Shown: positions 25,196 through 40,334 of the stretch, piece after piece
Numbering within the stretch: position 1 is the first letter of the stretch
Layout of the letters: each line of letters opens with the position of its first letter
Assembly (NCBI GenBank): GCA_951406725.2
Contig: OX597815.1
Span: 11,656,001-11,720,000 of the forward strand
DNA: 64,000 bases
Direction: 5' to 3'
DNA from: Octopus vulgaris
Taxonomy: Eukaryota
Made by a program: the position numbers and the translations under genes
The notes under the pieces: model-generated
The model's input: the letters and a program-made list of their open reading frames with translations, nothing else
What the model was told of the DNA's origin: nothing
Database searches by the model: none

Positions 25196-26049
25196 CGTGT
25201 GTGCATAGAAATATGCATGTACATCTAAATACACACGCACGTACACATACGTATACATCTACGTACACTCATACGCATACACATAGGAACATAAGCGTGA
25301 TACACCAGTGTGTGTTGTGTGTTTTATGTGTACATGTTCCTATAAGGAAACTTCGAGATAAAAGAATGTTTTCTGCGTTTTGACTTCCTTCTCTCAAAAA
25401 TACCTTTGCTTAGACAGATTATTCAAATAAATGCGCAGTTTCTCTTTAAGAAATATTAACCTTAAATTAATTCAAATTCTGGATATATTTAAATTTATCA
25501 TCTTCTGTGCAAATTGAATTAGTCCCATGAAAAGAGTCCTGCAATGAAGATCCTCATACAGTCTATATCTATATCTACATAACACCCTGCACCATCGGTT
25601 CAGATCAAACGACAAGACATCGTAACAGCAAGTAACTAAATAGAAATATGTAGGGCATGCACCCCTCACAACATCTAATAACGGTACACAGGCGAAAAAT
25701 TACGTAGAATCACGTTCGTCCATACACAACACACACGCACATATATAAACACAAATACACATATATATTAGGCATCATTTGAATATTCACTATATTGCTA
25801 CACAGAGTTTCCCAAGTGTATCACTCCATCAGGCCTTTCTGCCTTTAATTTATGAACATTAGCTCTCCATCATGTGGTGTGAACACTTGTGTTTATTTAT
25901 ATAATCCTCTCTATCTCTTATACTATATGTCTGTGTTTATGTATGTGCGTGCGCGTATTTATGTGTCCGTGCGTGCGAGTACGTGTGTGTGTGTGTGCGT
26001 ACGTGCATATGTGTGCGTGCATGTGTGTGTGTATCACTGTATCATTCTG

Positions 26050-26415
26050 TATCATTGAGTCACTTATATCGACAAGAATAGCGGATGCTGCTGCACATCG
26101 CTGGTAACAATGCGCTTCCAATTTGCTCTTTTTTAGGTTCTACCATCTTTTCCCATCTTAACTAAATCATTGCTTAACTAAATCATTTTCCCATCGATGT
26201 GGAGGAGGCCTTCTAATTTCTTGGATACCAATCGGTAACTGCATAGGTCTAGCTTTTTTTGCTTATGAGACTTGTGACATATGTAGCTGAAATTGCTTCC
26301 AGCATTCTGCGATCACATTGTTCACTCCGCCTAAGTCTCGAAATGCACCTTTCCAATATAATCCTGAAATGACATCCATTGCAGTTATCATTTCGTGGCC
26401 CTCTACGTCGTAGCC
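26050..26415 (-). mobile_element. RTE-like LINE 3' remnant
   Basis: ILERCISRLRRSE followed by TYAVTDWYPRN, PPPHRWE and NWKR, typical of an RTE C-terminus. Confidence 0.6.
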
Positions 26416-26474
26416 AATCGATACGTATATGTATGTGTGTGTATGTGTGTGTGTGTGTGCGTGTGTGCATGTAT

Positions 26475-26519
<45 letters not shown>

Positions 26520-26990
26520 CACAATATAGACTTTTTTTATTCCAAAGAAAAACAATTTCAAGTGGCTTTATCTATCGCTTTCTCATCTGCAATCGATTTT
26601 TGTAATTTTTTTTGAAGACTTATACATGCCATGATACCGTCGGTATCTACATATCAAATTTGAGCGCAATCGGATGGAGGATGCCCGAGATCTTAGAAGC
26701 CACACACACACGCAGACAGAACAGATTTTATATAAGAAATATATATAATTCACGCTGCTCTCTAATGCCATAGAACTCAGATAAAAAATCTGCATAACGT
26801 ATAATTAAATGTCTTGAAAATATAACTAGACTCCTTCTCTATACAATGCCGGATGAAGCAACAGCCCGACATGAGGTATAGATGAGGGCAGTGGAATCAA
26901 ATTCCCTTATATGCGAAATAGGCCAACAACTTGGATAAATGCATATACATGAATGATGATAACACACCAGCCTGAGGAAATCAGAAAGAC

Positions 26991-27530
<540 letters not shown>

Positions 27531-27837
27531 TATATATATATATATAAGTATCTCTCTCGCTCTCTCCTTCTCTCAATATTTACAGCAGAACACATACAGG
27601 CGAAAGAAAATCAGACGTGAGAGATAGTTAAATATTTGTCATTTAAAAGATAACATCGACTTCTTCTATGTTGAGATCTAAGACTGCACGGAGATGATTC
27701 ATTTATAGATGATAGCTGATTGTAAATGGGGTATGTCAATTGAAACGTAGTTTAAAGTAAAATACAGCAAAGATCAATGCCGTACAGCAAATGTTGTCGC
27801 TGACAAATAATAAGAGAGAATGTACAATGAGTTTGTA

Positions 27838-27906
<69 letters not shown>

Positions 27907-27911
27907 ATATA

Positions 27912-27944
<33 letters not shown>

Positions 27945-27956
27945 AGTGTGTGTGGC

Positions 27957-28305
27957 AGGCGCAGGAGTGGCTGTGTGGTAGATAGCTTGCTTACCAGCCA
28001 CATGGTTCCGGGTTCAGTCCCACTGCGTGGCAATTTGGGCAAGTGTCTTCTACTAATAGATTTGATAGAGGGGAGCTGAAAGAAGCCCGTCGTATATATG
28101 TTTATATATATATGTGTATGTGTGTATTTGTGACCCCCCCCCCACCACCAACATAGCTTGACAACCGATTCTGGTGTGATTACGTCCCCGTAAATTAGCG
28201 CTTCGGCAAAACAGACCGATACAGTAAGTATTAGGCTTGCTCGACTAAAGACGGTGCTCCAGCATGGCCGCAGTCAAATGACTGAAACAGTAGAAGAGTA
28301 AGAAG
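27957..28305 (+). mobile_element. SINE family C
   Basis: AGGCGCAGGAGTGGCTGTGTGGTA head and GGTTCAGTCCC B box; same body and tail as 17773. Confidence 0.9.
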
Positions 28306-28798
28306 GGTAAAAGAATATATATTCGAAAACAAAGCCTGGAAAATTTGGTATACACTACACACACATACACACTCACAGACACACACACACTTATATATGC
28401 ACATAGATATATACAAATACATAATATAGGCAGAGAAGTCAGAGAGATCTAAAGGAAAGACGCTAACCTCACTTAGGATGGGTTTTTAAATTGAAATTTA
28501 AATAAATAATAAATTGTTAAATAAATGTTCAATCAATATATAATTAGTTGCAAGTTAATATTGAACTATAACACAATTCAAGCAACAACCTTATCTTCAA
28601 AGCATGAAACATCGTCGAAGCTCGCTAGAAATAAAAATTTGTAAATATTAACCTCATGTATAATATGATAGCCGACTTTGATCTTTAATTAAGGTATAAG
28701 CTTTTGTCATTATATATACATAACTACAGCACACGTTACACACGAGTGTATGTGTATAGAAAATATAGATACATATATTATAGAAATATGTATTTGTT

Positions 28799-28878
<80 letters not shown>

Positions 28879-29369
28879 TATATATGTATGTTTCTATGTA
28901 TTATACGTATATGTAATGAGATTTACAAATATCTAACTGTGTATGTATATGTATGAATGTACGAGCGTGTGTTTGCTTTGTTTCATAATTTATGACTGCG
29001 TGTGAGTACTTTTATGAACGGAACGTTAGGCTCTAACACATAAGCTTGAGAATTTTATGCCGTGTTTTTGCTCGAATAATCAATTTTATTTGAGATCAAA
29101 AAGTTTACGAGCCTGTTGGAAATTCATATTCATTTTCCAGTAATGGAGAGATAATAGACATATCCCCTCCAAGATCTGTCCCTAAACTCTCACACTATTG
29201 CTGCTACTCACAGTGTTGAGTGATAATACTTATAAAAGGTCCACAATATATTCACTGGATATGAAGGAAATAGGAGACGTATCTCTTGAAAGCATCTGAA
29301 ATAGTTTTAAAAGTTAAGAGACCTTACAGTGATTTTTTCCCGCTTTCCTTCTAATCTCTTAATTGCTTT

Positions 29370-29799
29370 AGATTTTGTACGGCAGCTATGCTGGGTCTAC
29401 GACTACGAGCGAATCGACATCAACACTTATTTTGTTTTAAAACCTGGGACTTCTTCCTATCCACCTTTTTGCCTAGCTCCTGTGTAACAAAGTGTCAACA
29501 AACTGGCTCCGGTTGTCAGGCAGTACTGGGAGACAAGTGCAAAAAACGAAAACTTACATAGACAAACACACACATACATACACACACACACACACACGTA
29601 AATTATTAACAAGTGAAACTAATTAGTACATAGGTAATCATATTTTATTTCGTATATTTTCATTTGCCTTGCTTATTTTTACGCTTTGGTATTTTGCTGA
29701 ATTTTTTCTTGAGAACACAATCTCCGTGGAAAATGGCGATTTTGACGTCTATATCTAGCATACAGGCTGTCCACTTTTAGTGGTCAGTCCTTTAAATTC

Positions 29800-29881
<82 letters not shown>

Positions 29882-29966
29882 ATGAGCTTCTTTCACTTTC
29901 TGTCTACCAAATCCACGCACGATGATTTGGTCGACTCAGGGCTATAGCAGAAGACTTTTGTCCATG
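29370..29966 (-). mobile_element. Old SINE family C copy interrupted by an insertion in its microsatellite
   Basis: Tail-like sequence at 29370-29550 and head-proximal GCTTCTTTCA.TTTC.GTCTACCAAATCCAC..GCTATAG.AGAAGAC at 29885-29960. Confidence 0.55.
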
Positions 29967-31974
29967 TTAAGACGCTTATTAAATAATGTAACAGCAGTTT
30001 ATAACAGAAATATCATTGGACTGCTCGACCAGTGTGGAAATGGACTTAAGCAATACTACCTATATATCGTCACTAGTTTCACTTCCATGATGTCAACCCA
30101 TGAGAATGAAGTGTCATCATATGGTAAAACAGTCAATGTCACGCTAGCAGAGGCAAGAAGAAGAAATAGTATCGCTCATATATCTATCGTTCATTGTACT
30201 TTCTTGGTCAGAGTATATTTGCTTACCACTTGGTCTAATATTCTAATTCTGATTTCTATCTATGTTGCCTGTGAGTAGGAGAAGCATTGTTCCTGTGATG
30301 TGAGCAGTTTCTACTCGTTGATCACCATTAAATGTCTAAATCTATTAGCAGAGTAATATCCGACATATATTGTTTTGTTCTAACATGGAATAAGTGGAGT
30401 GGTGAAACCATCTTTATCAGTTTGAGATGTACTGATCAGTATAACAACACAATAGAGTGCTTTCAGTTTTCGAATACCATTGACTTAGGATATTTTAAAT
30501 CATGATATACATGTGTAGTAAGAAAGAGGTACGATGCTATTTCCAGGCCATGTTCAATTATTTTGCAAACAACGATCAAAGCTCTAACAGACTCTTTTCC
30601 GGACTTGTGCAGATCGAATGTAAAGATTCTAGTTTATACATTCACGTCACCGTACTACTGAACACGAACTAAAACAAATGGTTACGTTTTTAAAAGTCGG
30701 AGAAAGGAAGTAATTGATATATAAAAAGAAGAATAGGAGAGACATTATAGAAATTTGGGTGATAGCGGAGTTAATAAAAATTATGTTAGAAAGAGCCCCA
30801 TTATCACTCTTTGGAACGGTAACGAAAATATATTCGACGATTATACATAAACCTACTTTAATAACAAAGTTGCTATCTAACTTGCAGCTTTTGAAAGCAG
30901 AGATATTTGAGTGATTGAATAGTATCTCAGAGAGGAAAAAATATTTGCTGTGTATTTATCTGTGATTGAGTCTTCAGGCTGGAGTGAAATCTCTGAAGTG
31001 TTTATACGAAAAAAGTAAAACCTATCGAGCAATATAAATATGTTTGTATTTTTTTTCATTTCTTTTCTATTTAAAAGTATTTCAATGTTTAAAGAGAGTA
31101 CGCACATCTTATAAGTTACCGTGAAACATTATTTCGATCATTGTTATCATCTCAGGTGTAAATCAGAGGTCGTATATAGATTTGCTGACATTCTGTACGC
31201 TTTTGCGGCACCGTTTCTAAACTTCTTGAGGAAGTAAGATACAAGATTGTGTGACTGTTAATAAGCTATCGACATTCCATGCCCTTATGAATAAACCGTT
31301 CCAATTCTAATTTAACAAAAGCACGCACCATCATAGTTCTAATAGCCTTCTCTCTCAAAAAGTGACACAGCATTAATGAAACAGCTTACGAAATTATTGT
31401 ATTTTCCTTAAACCGAAAATCTGGTTCTGAGATTGGTAAAAAGGCGCTCACTGCCTTCTGTCGAGCCCCACACATTAATTTAGTACAAAGAGTGCACGAG
31501 AGTAATGCAACCGAATCAGGTTTTGCCAAAAGAGTCTTTATCGTCACATATATGTGTTTAACATGATGCTAATGAAGATATTAGTAAAATGAATGATAAA
31601 GATTTCTAATATAGACACAAAGGTACGAAAGATTGGGAATAAACAATTAACAATACCGACACCAGAAGACTGGTCCTATATTTTATCAATCACGCATCAA
31701 TAGAAGAATAACCGGAATACGAATGCGTAGTAGCGGCATTAGAATTATTAGTTGTTGATGAAGAAAAGACAGAAAAGAGAAGAAAAGGAGAGAGATGCGT
31801 GTATATGGACACGGTTTCTGTGACTGTTTATATGTTTAAACAACTTGAGCAAAAGATGAGACACACCCACTGCTACCTATGTAAAACCGAATCTCTCTCA
31901 TGAACAAATAAGGAAGCACACACGTACGCACATAGACACTCATATGCTTACACATATACATAATACTATCGCAT

Positions 31975-32510
<536 letters not shown>

Positions 32511-33029
32511 GTATAGACACGCATACATAAGTTTCTGTGAGTGAGCGTGCGTGCGACCGTTTGTGCAATAAAATAACTAACTAGATTCAATGATACCCTT
32601 CACAATACTATTCTAATAAAATACTAATGTTTTGGCAGAGATATCAAGGGTGTTTTGAATAACCTCATGAAAAAATAACGATGGACAGAGAAATTCTACA
32701 ATATCATAGAATACATTTCCGTTTTGGCATCAGCATCCACCAGCAATATAACCATTCTTGTATAGAAATTCCACTTTGAAACTTTGAAACCCGTTCAAAT
32801 CATTGAAATAATAATATTGTCCTTTGTTTCTTCTCTTGTTTACGAAGCAATATAATAATTATGTTAAAGGATTAAACTTGAATATAGAGGAAACAAATAT
32901 ATTACAATGTGTGCCAATTTGCTAATTTATATTTGTGTGAATGTGTGTGTATCTGGTGTGCATCATGTATGTATCTGTGGTGTATCTGTGAATGCGTAAG
33001 TGTGTGTGCATATATGTGTGTGTAAACTG

Positions 33030-33740
33030 AAATTATGTGTCGGCGAAGGAAATTGAGCGAGTAGCCTGGTATCGTAAGACTCCTTCATCCGTAATTGATT
33101 TTTATGATTGGCATATGTTCATAGATTTTGATGTTTTTTTTGTCACTGAAAGGTACCCCTATTTTTACCTGGTGCTACATTGTTTCATCTCGAGATATAC
33201 CTCGCTACTACCTCCCATTAAATTGAGATATGCTAAAAACTTGTAGCCCTAAGTTTACTCTAGAAATAATAAAATTACTGGTAGCTATGAAATGCATTTC
33301 TTTAAGACGTGATTTCCTTTTATTTACGTACTTTAAAGCGGGATATAAAACACTCCTGAAATCGCAGCCTCTGCTTGACCTAAGGGAATACTTTACATAA
33401 AATCTTACCATGTAGCGTCAGTTTCAAGAACCTTTGTTCAAGCTGCCTTGTTTGACGAAATCGCTTCTACTCTAGCGCAGCCTTAATGATCGCCAAACTT
33501 GATTCCGTGTTATGCGAGAAAAAATCGGCATTAACAAAAGGCATGATGAAAGCATGCAAGAAAGTGTATATGGTGCTTGTAAAGGACCTATGTCACACAT
33601 GAGTAACAAAGGCAAGTCATTATACCGGAACAGTGGGAACTTTCTTAATTCTCCTGAATTCCTATTAGAGCAAAACAAAATCTCGTGGGAATTGAAGGAA
33701 GCTCTGACTTTCCGAGAGATATGTCGATATCAAAGAATCA
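33030..33740 (+). mobile_element. Possible very old RTE RT remnant
   Basis: FYLVLHC..PIKLRYAKNL (cf. LFIIVL..PWELLYADDL), MREKIGI and LKEALTFREICRY. Weak similarity only. Confidence 0.3.
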
Positions 33741-33911
33741 TGAATCATAAAGTAGTGAGTGGCTTGTTCACGTTGATAAATTTATCTACAACTTCAAACC
33801 TCAATATAACAATATTCTTGACGAGATTAATACTAATAACAAAAACCTTGAAACATACAGAAACACGAAACGTTTAATATTACAAATAACACCACATAAA
33901 GAAATTGTTAA

Positions 33912-34303
33912 TCTATATATATAAAGCTGAAGTTGTCTGTGTGTGGCAGGTGTGGTAGCCTTCAACTAACACTATCTCCACCGAGACCCTGCGGCGCAAA
34001 TAGACCACAATTGAGAGTATGATAGAAGAAGGCTTGCTCTTCCTTCCGCGTAGAAGATAAAATTCAAATCGGACCATGTTAACACCAAAAATTATTTACA
34101 TAAAAAAAGTGCTTTTGTTCTATGAAAATACCAATTTTTTACGATCTTTTGACTGCTGTGTCGCAATGTTTGTGTGTAGTTCAACCAGAAAATTGTTAAC
34201 TTGAAGAGAATAACAAGCTACATAATGCAAAAGTTTTACTTTTAAAAACTTCCAATCCTAAAGAGTCGAAACAAACCCGAGCAACGCCAGGCGATACTGC
34301 TAG
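33912..34303 (+). mobile_element. Non-autonomous Helitron
   Basis: 5' TCTATATATATAAA, 3' hairpin CCCGAGCAACGCCAGG then CTAG. Inserted between A and T with no TSD. Confidence 0.88.
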
Positions 34304-35594
34304 TAATAGATTAAAAGTGCTTCACATTGGTATTAAAGTACTGCAAATTGAAGACATGACGAAAAGGTTGCTGCCGTTATCAATCAAACGGTAAATCATA
34401 CACTAGATCAATATCAAAATACGTGCAAACGAGTATTTGGAGAGAACTCCATCCAGTTTGAACCATGATCTTCAGGAATAGTTCTAATATCTTTCCATTC
34501 AATCGTCCATTGAAAATGTTTCATCGTTAAACGGTTTAATTATTAGCACCAAGTGGCCTTGTCAACCTACTTTACATTCAATTTTCGACAGAAAGGAAGG
34601 TATCTGCTGACTGCAAGAGTACATGGATAATGTGCATGTTCTACTGATAGGAATATCTCCTGCACTTGTATTTTTTAAAATCATATCGATTGTTCTTCAG
34701 CCAGAAGAAAAACTCAAGTAGAAAACATACTTCAAAACTTTGCCAACAACTGACATCCTATTGTACTGAACATAGCGCAAACATCGTACTGCTTTCAACC
34801 ATTTTGCAGTTCCTTTATTTCATTCTATTCCTAACAGATTTGTGAGCATTTTACAAGAAATCATCTGTCGGCTGTGACATCTCGCACTTTATGGTGTACA
34901 TATTTCCCATCAGCGAGGAAAGGAATAAATGTTTACGACGTTAAGAAAAATCCCCGTTCGCATAAAACAATCTGTAATAGGCATGAAAGAAACTAGAAAT
35001 ATACTGTTTTGCTATCGAAAAATACACGCACACACACACAAACACCATACACGCACATATACACATATAAACATAGATGTATTTACACATAAGCATATTT
35101 ACTTGTATGTACGTTTAAACATAAAAATAATATAAGTCCAGCTAAACGATTACCAAACTGGCAGTTACTCTGCTGTAGAAGGGACATTAGAAACTGTCAC
35201 CTTAAATGAAATGCGCCCCACAAACCCTGTGGAATGATTACTGATTGATCGCTTCAGATCGTCGGACTGTTGGATCAAACCTGACTTGCCGTTACACAAG
35301 TACAGTTACAACAATATCAAGAATTGAAATTGGTTTACACTCACCTGATCTCTGCTTATGTATACAGGTTTGTTAAATACAATCCACGTCACCGTTTCAA
35401 AGCAACCTGGTTGAGTAAATGAACCTTCGTAGGTAATATAATGATCTGTCTGTGGTATTAATTTACCAAGGTAAAAGTTACGTAGTTTGGATTCGTGTCC
35501 TGCGGGAAAGAAGGAAAAACAAAGAGTTAATTAATTTTCATAATTATCATCATTGTCATCATTTTAACGTCTTCATCATTATTACTATAGACGC

Positions 35595-35985
35595 TAAGGC
35601 GGCGAGCTTGCAGAATCGTTAGCACGCCGGGCGAAATGCTTAGCAGTATTTCGTCTGCCGTTACGTTCTGAGTTCAAATTCTGCCGAGGTCGACTTTGCC
35701 TTTCATCTTTTCGGGGTCGATTAAATATGTACCAGTTACGCACTGGGGTCGATATAATCGACTTAATCCGTTTGTCTGCCCTTGTTTGTCCTCTCTGTGT
35801 TTAGCCGCTTGTGGGTAGTAAAGAAATAGGTATTTCGTCTGCCGCTGTTCTAAATTCAAATTCCGCCGAGGTCAACTTTGCCTTTCATCCCTTCGGTGGC
35901 GATTAAATAAGTACCAGTTACGCACTGGGGTCGATGTAATCGACTGAATCCCCTCCCATAAGTTGCCCTTCTGGCAAAATTTGAC
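35595..35985 (+). mobile_element. SINE family A, full unit plus a tandem partial second unit with a different tail
   Basis: 35595-35835 matches the reverse complement of 4649-4890. The body repeats from GTATTTCGTCTGCCG at 35830. Confidence 0.9.
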
Positions 35986-36199
35986 ATCATTATTCATATA
36001 AACACTACTACTATCAGCATTGGTGTTCCTGCTTCAACAACATCGTCACCACCGTCAGTGTTATCGTCATCTGTATTGTCATCATTGTCACCAACACAGG
36101 CAAGCGCTTCTCAGCCATTCTCAAATGTTATTGTATCGTCAAAATAACAACGTTCGTAGAATCATCGACAAGCACGTCTTTAGAAATCTTAGTCACATC

Positions 36200-36400
36200 A
36201 TAAACATGATTATTATGATCATGATCATCACGATTAATATGATCATGATCATCATCAACATTATCACCACCGCCATCACCACCAACAACACAACTACCAC
36301 CACCATTACCACCATCATCACTACTACCACCACCATTACCACAACCGACTACGACAACAACCCCGGCGAAACCACCAACACCACCTCGTCCAGCTATACC
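36200..36400. repeat. (ATC)/(ACC)/(AAC) degenerate trinucleotide tract
   Basis: Directly visible. Confidence 0.9.
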
Positions 36401-38457
36401 ATTATCTTCCGATTTTTCATTTCGTGTTATGCTGATTGATATATAACTTTAAAGTCTGTGTGGTTTCCGTTTGGATTGGTATTGCAATAACATACAAGTA
36501 CTCTCCTGATATTTTGCCAGTCCACTGGGTATTTTATAATGATGACATCTATCAAACTGTTGGTGAATATATGCCAGTTATTTCATAAATCTATTGGGAT
36601 ATCACTCAATGTTGATATTTAATACTGTTATGTCTCAATCATATTCCACTCCATAGATAAAGCTTATACAATAATCTGCAGATACACTTTTGTGTCTCGA
36701 ATTCTATCTGCAAAACGATTGGCAAAAGCATCCGGGGGTCGAACAAAATGTTTTGCTTTAATTAGTAACTCTTTTCGTTGAAATGCTAACGAAAATGATT
36801 TCCAATGTTATTATCTTAGTGCCGAAGACATTTTTACCCTTCAGTTAGTGTTATCGACTAAAAGCTCCCTTGAACCTCTGGTAGTATTCCTCACCAAATC
36901 CTCTTGAAATTTTCGGCTATTTATCACCATTACTTAACAGCAATCGACATCTACTATTCCCATGTGCCGTCTGTAATGTCACGTTCACGGACGGGCTTAA
37001 ATCATCTATTTTATAACCAGATCCATAGGGTTGATATATGTGCTCAGGCACCTTTTCTTTTATTTAATATCAATCTGCAGGCATCGAATGTATTGATCTC
37101 CCCAGACTGGCAAATCTTATCACGACAGTCTAAGAGCAACACATTCAAGGAAACTGTATTTATAAAAGTAGAACACTGTCTTATAAGAATTTATTTAATG
37201 TACAAAAGAATTGTTTTGGAGGAAAGAGGAAACTGGGAGGTTGTTGCTCTCATTCAACTCCTAAGGATGCATTAGCTGCGGAAGTGAAACATAATGGCTT
37301 CGCCTGACAATTAAAACTGTTTCAGACAGCGAATTCGATAGTTTATTCTTTGCTTCTTAGCACTGGCTTTTGTATTTATTTAATTGGACTATTTCCTTGT
37401 CTCTATATAGGAAATTAGTCAAATGCAAAACGAATGCAAATATAAGATACGCATGCTCAATGTGGATCGAGGTAATATTGTATTCGAAGATTGCATGCAA
37501 CGAAATTATTTTTAAAAAGGTGACGCAATACTGGGATGTTTGTCTTGGCTTTTTACTTTCCTTGTTCAAATCACTTTGATGGCAACTTACTCTTTCATAG
37601 TTTCGGTGTTGATAAAATAAAGTAGCAGCCTAGTGTAGTACATTGGATGACTACGTATGATTAGAAAAAAGGATTTGTTTCAGCTTTTAAGTTTATTATT
37701 TTCCCATACGATAAGCTTGTCTATTTCCAATCGCCAAAATCGTGCCTTGTAAACTCTACGAAACTCGCGGGCAACTTGCTTAGCATACTCACACAGAAAT
37801 GTTTGCAAAGCACATATCTCTTCAAAAGGACTTCAACAAAATGTATTTAGTTATTATCAATTTAGTAGTCCCCATGTAAAGGATTGTTTATGTGGTAGCT
37901 CTGTGTAATAGTAATTAACTGAGAAATTTTCAAGGGTTAACTGGAGCTACAAATGAATAACATACTTATGACAAGATTGAAACACTGTATTTACTAACTC
38001 AGACACACTAAAAACAAAAAATGAAAGTGAAGCAGGAAAAAATATGTCTAGGCGAGTATTATCTATAAGCTAAATTGGTTCGAATCCCAATTTTGATTGG
38101 ATTTTGACTATTGTGTGGAATAACGGTAACGAATTATCCATTATAAATGACGAATACTTGTATTAGGATTTATGTTATAACGATACGTTATTATGATTTC
38201 ATATGTGATTTCACATTTGTTCATTCAGATACACGAGTGGATAGCAACTGTGTATGTTGTATACGTTTCGCCTTAGAATAGTCCTTATTGGAGACACTTA
38301 TGGGCAACTGTCATTATGTTGTTTTCCCAGGGACAATATCTCGAGAACAATATTCAGTAACATAGTCTAATTTTACGGTGACAGTGTGCTAGTAGAGGGA
38401 GAGACACTTGCTATTTCTCGAAGATCTAACAGCATCGTTCAGATTTCCTCACATACA

Positions 38458-38482
38458 CTAGTAGTAATAGTAGTAGTAGTAT

Positions 38483-38517
<35 letters not shown>

Positions 38518-38553
38518 GTATTAGTAGCACTAGTAGTAGTAGTAGTAATAGTC

Positions 38554-38611
<58 letters not shown>

Positions 38612-38663
38612 AGTCAGTAGTAGTAGTAATAGTCGTAGTAGTATTAATAGTAGTAGTAGTAGT
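38458..38663. repeat. (TAG)n microsatellite
   Basis: Directly visible. Confidence 0.97.
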
Positions 38664-39799
38664 GTATGAAATGTTGAAGGGATGTGTGGAGATGATAGAT
38701 CTGTGTAGAGGTAATGCCTGTAGTTGATCTAGTGTCAGTCGAAGCAAAAGCGTGTTCCCAATTAAAGAATATCCAATACAATGTACAATCTTGTTCATTT
38801 ATATTAGTTAATATATAAAATCCTAATGTGCAATGTTCCCCTTCTTCACACGAAGAAGCATCTGTGTTTTTTTCTGACCGAAAAGAAATAACAGCAATTC
38901 AAATCCAGATTTGATCACACTGACAACGACATAGGGATGTGTATATTTTTCATCGTTTAGGTATGTGCCATTAAACAAAGCTTATTTTTTACTTCTACTT
39001 CTCTGTATTTCGTTCTCTATTGTCAAACTCTTATTCCACGTGTTCATACATTTGGCCTATATCAATTTTTAAGAATAGTATTTGACTCATTATACGAAGC
39101 CGTGGTATTTTTCTGTAGGCAATGGCAGAATAGATGTTCTGAAGAAAATTAGCTGATAATACAAGACAGCAGATGAATGCTTTGCTCTTATTGCTTACAA
39201 GATGACAGGCATAAAAGTTTATATTCAATAGTATGAGCTTGTATTAATCTCGTATGGCTATGAAACCTTGTTTAGCATTAAACCGAGGAATTCATATAAA
39301 TTGTACGAAACCTTTGATGGAAATCCTATGTGCTAAAAGTAGAACTAAAATTGTTCCTAATTAAAGTTTGTGGTATCACATTATTATGACACTTGCGTTA
39401 AATAAGGAAAAACAAATAGTTTATAGCATATTTTCTGAGAGTGAACAAAAGATATGCTTTCGTGATATTTCATAATAAAAAACACTTCTTAATTTTAAGA
39501 ACTTCCATTCTAAGATGTGAAACTGACGTATAAGGATACTTTCCGTAAGGAAACATGCCATATTCACAGTCATTTCAATCAATTACACGAGTTAAACTAT
39601 TCACATTCTGATTCTGGCTTTCAGGACTCTATTTTACTTACATTTGAACAAATATATAGCCACGAATGTGCATACATATGTATAGAATATTCGTACTCAA
39701 TTTAACAGTTTGAATACACGCTACCAAAAAATAAAATAAAATAAAATTCCATCCCCAACATAAACGCATTTTTTAAAATCCAAAACGTATCGACTATAT

Positions 39800-40218
39800 T
39801 ATGCCTGGGGCATAAAAATTTACTCTAAGTAACCGCCATCAGCATCCATCACTACTTCAATACTCCATGTTTGGAATGTAGAAATCAAAACGAATTCAAA
39901 TTTTAAACTTAGGCAGGTCTTGCATATTTTTACCGTTACGCTTACAGACTACATTTGTCGTAATTGCAATATGTTTCTTTTCTCAAAACTCCATCTATTC
40001 CCCATTTCACGTCCTCATGGATTTTCTAACAAAAGCATCTGCACCAGTTATTATCGGCATAATGCTGAATTTGTAGTCTGCGAATAGAACTTGGTGGTTG
40101 CGAAGCAGTTGTTTTTAGTTACTCACTTTCTCTTAGTTACAAACTCTCTGAGTGCGTCTCTATGATCGTGCATATATTTACTTGTCTGTCCCTAACAACG
40201 ATATCCAGTCTGTTATGT
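39800..40218 (-). mobile_element. 5'-truncated R4/Dong-like copy (family CATA), diverged
   Basis: HNRLDIVVRDRQVNICTIIE (RLE PD motif) begins directly after (CATA)n, followed by ADYKFSIMPIITGA. Paralogous to 40395-40790. Confidence 0.75.
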
Positions 40219-40327
40219 ATGTATGTATGTATGTATGTATGTATGTATGTATGTATGTATGTATGTATGTATGTATGTATGTATGTATGTATGTATGTAT
40301 GTATGTGTGTATGTACGTATGTATGTA
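40216..40327. repeat. (TATG)n microsatellite between two R4-like copies
   Basis: Directly visible. Confidence 0.97.
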
Positions 40328-40334
40328 TATCTCT

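Noticed and set aside
36560-37270. Possible ancient R4 RT on the minus strand (GEEYYQRFK)
   Set aside because: Too degenerate to call by eye.
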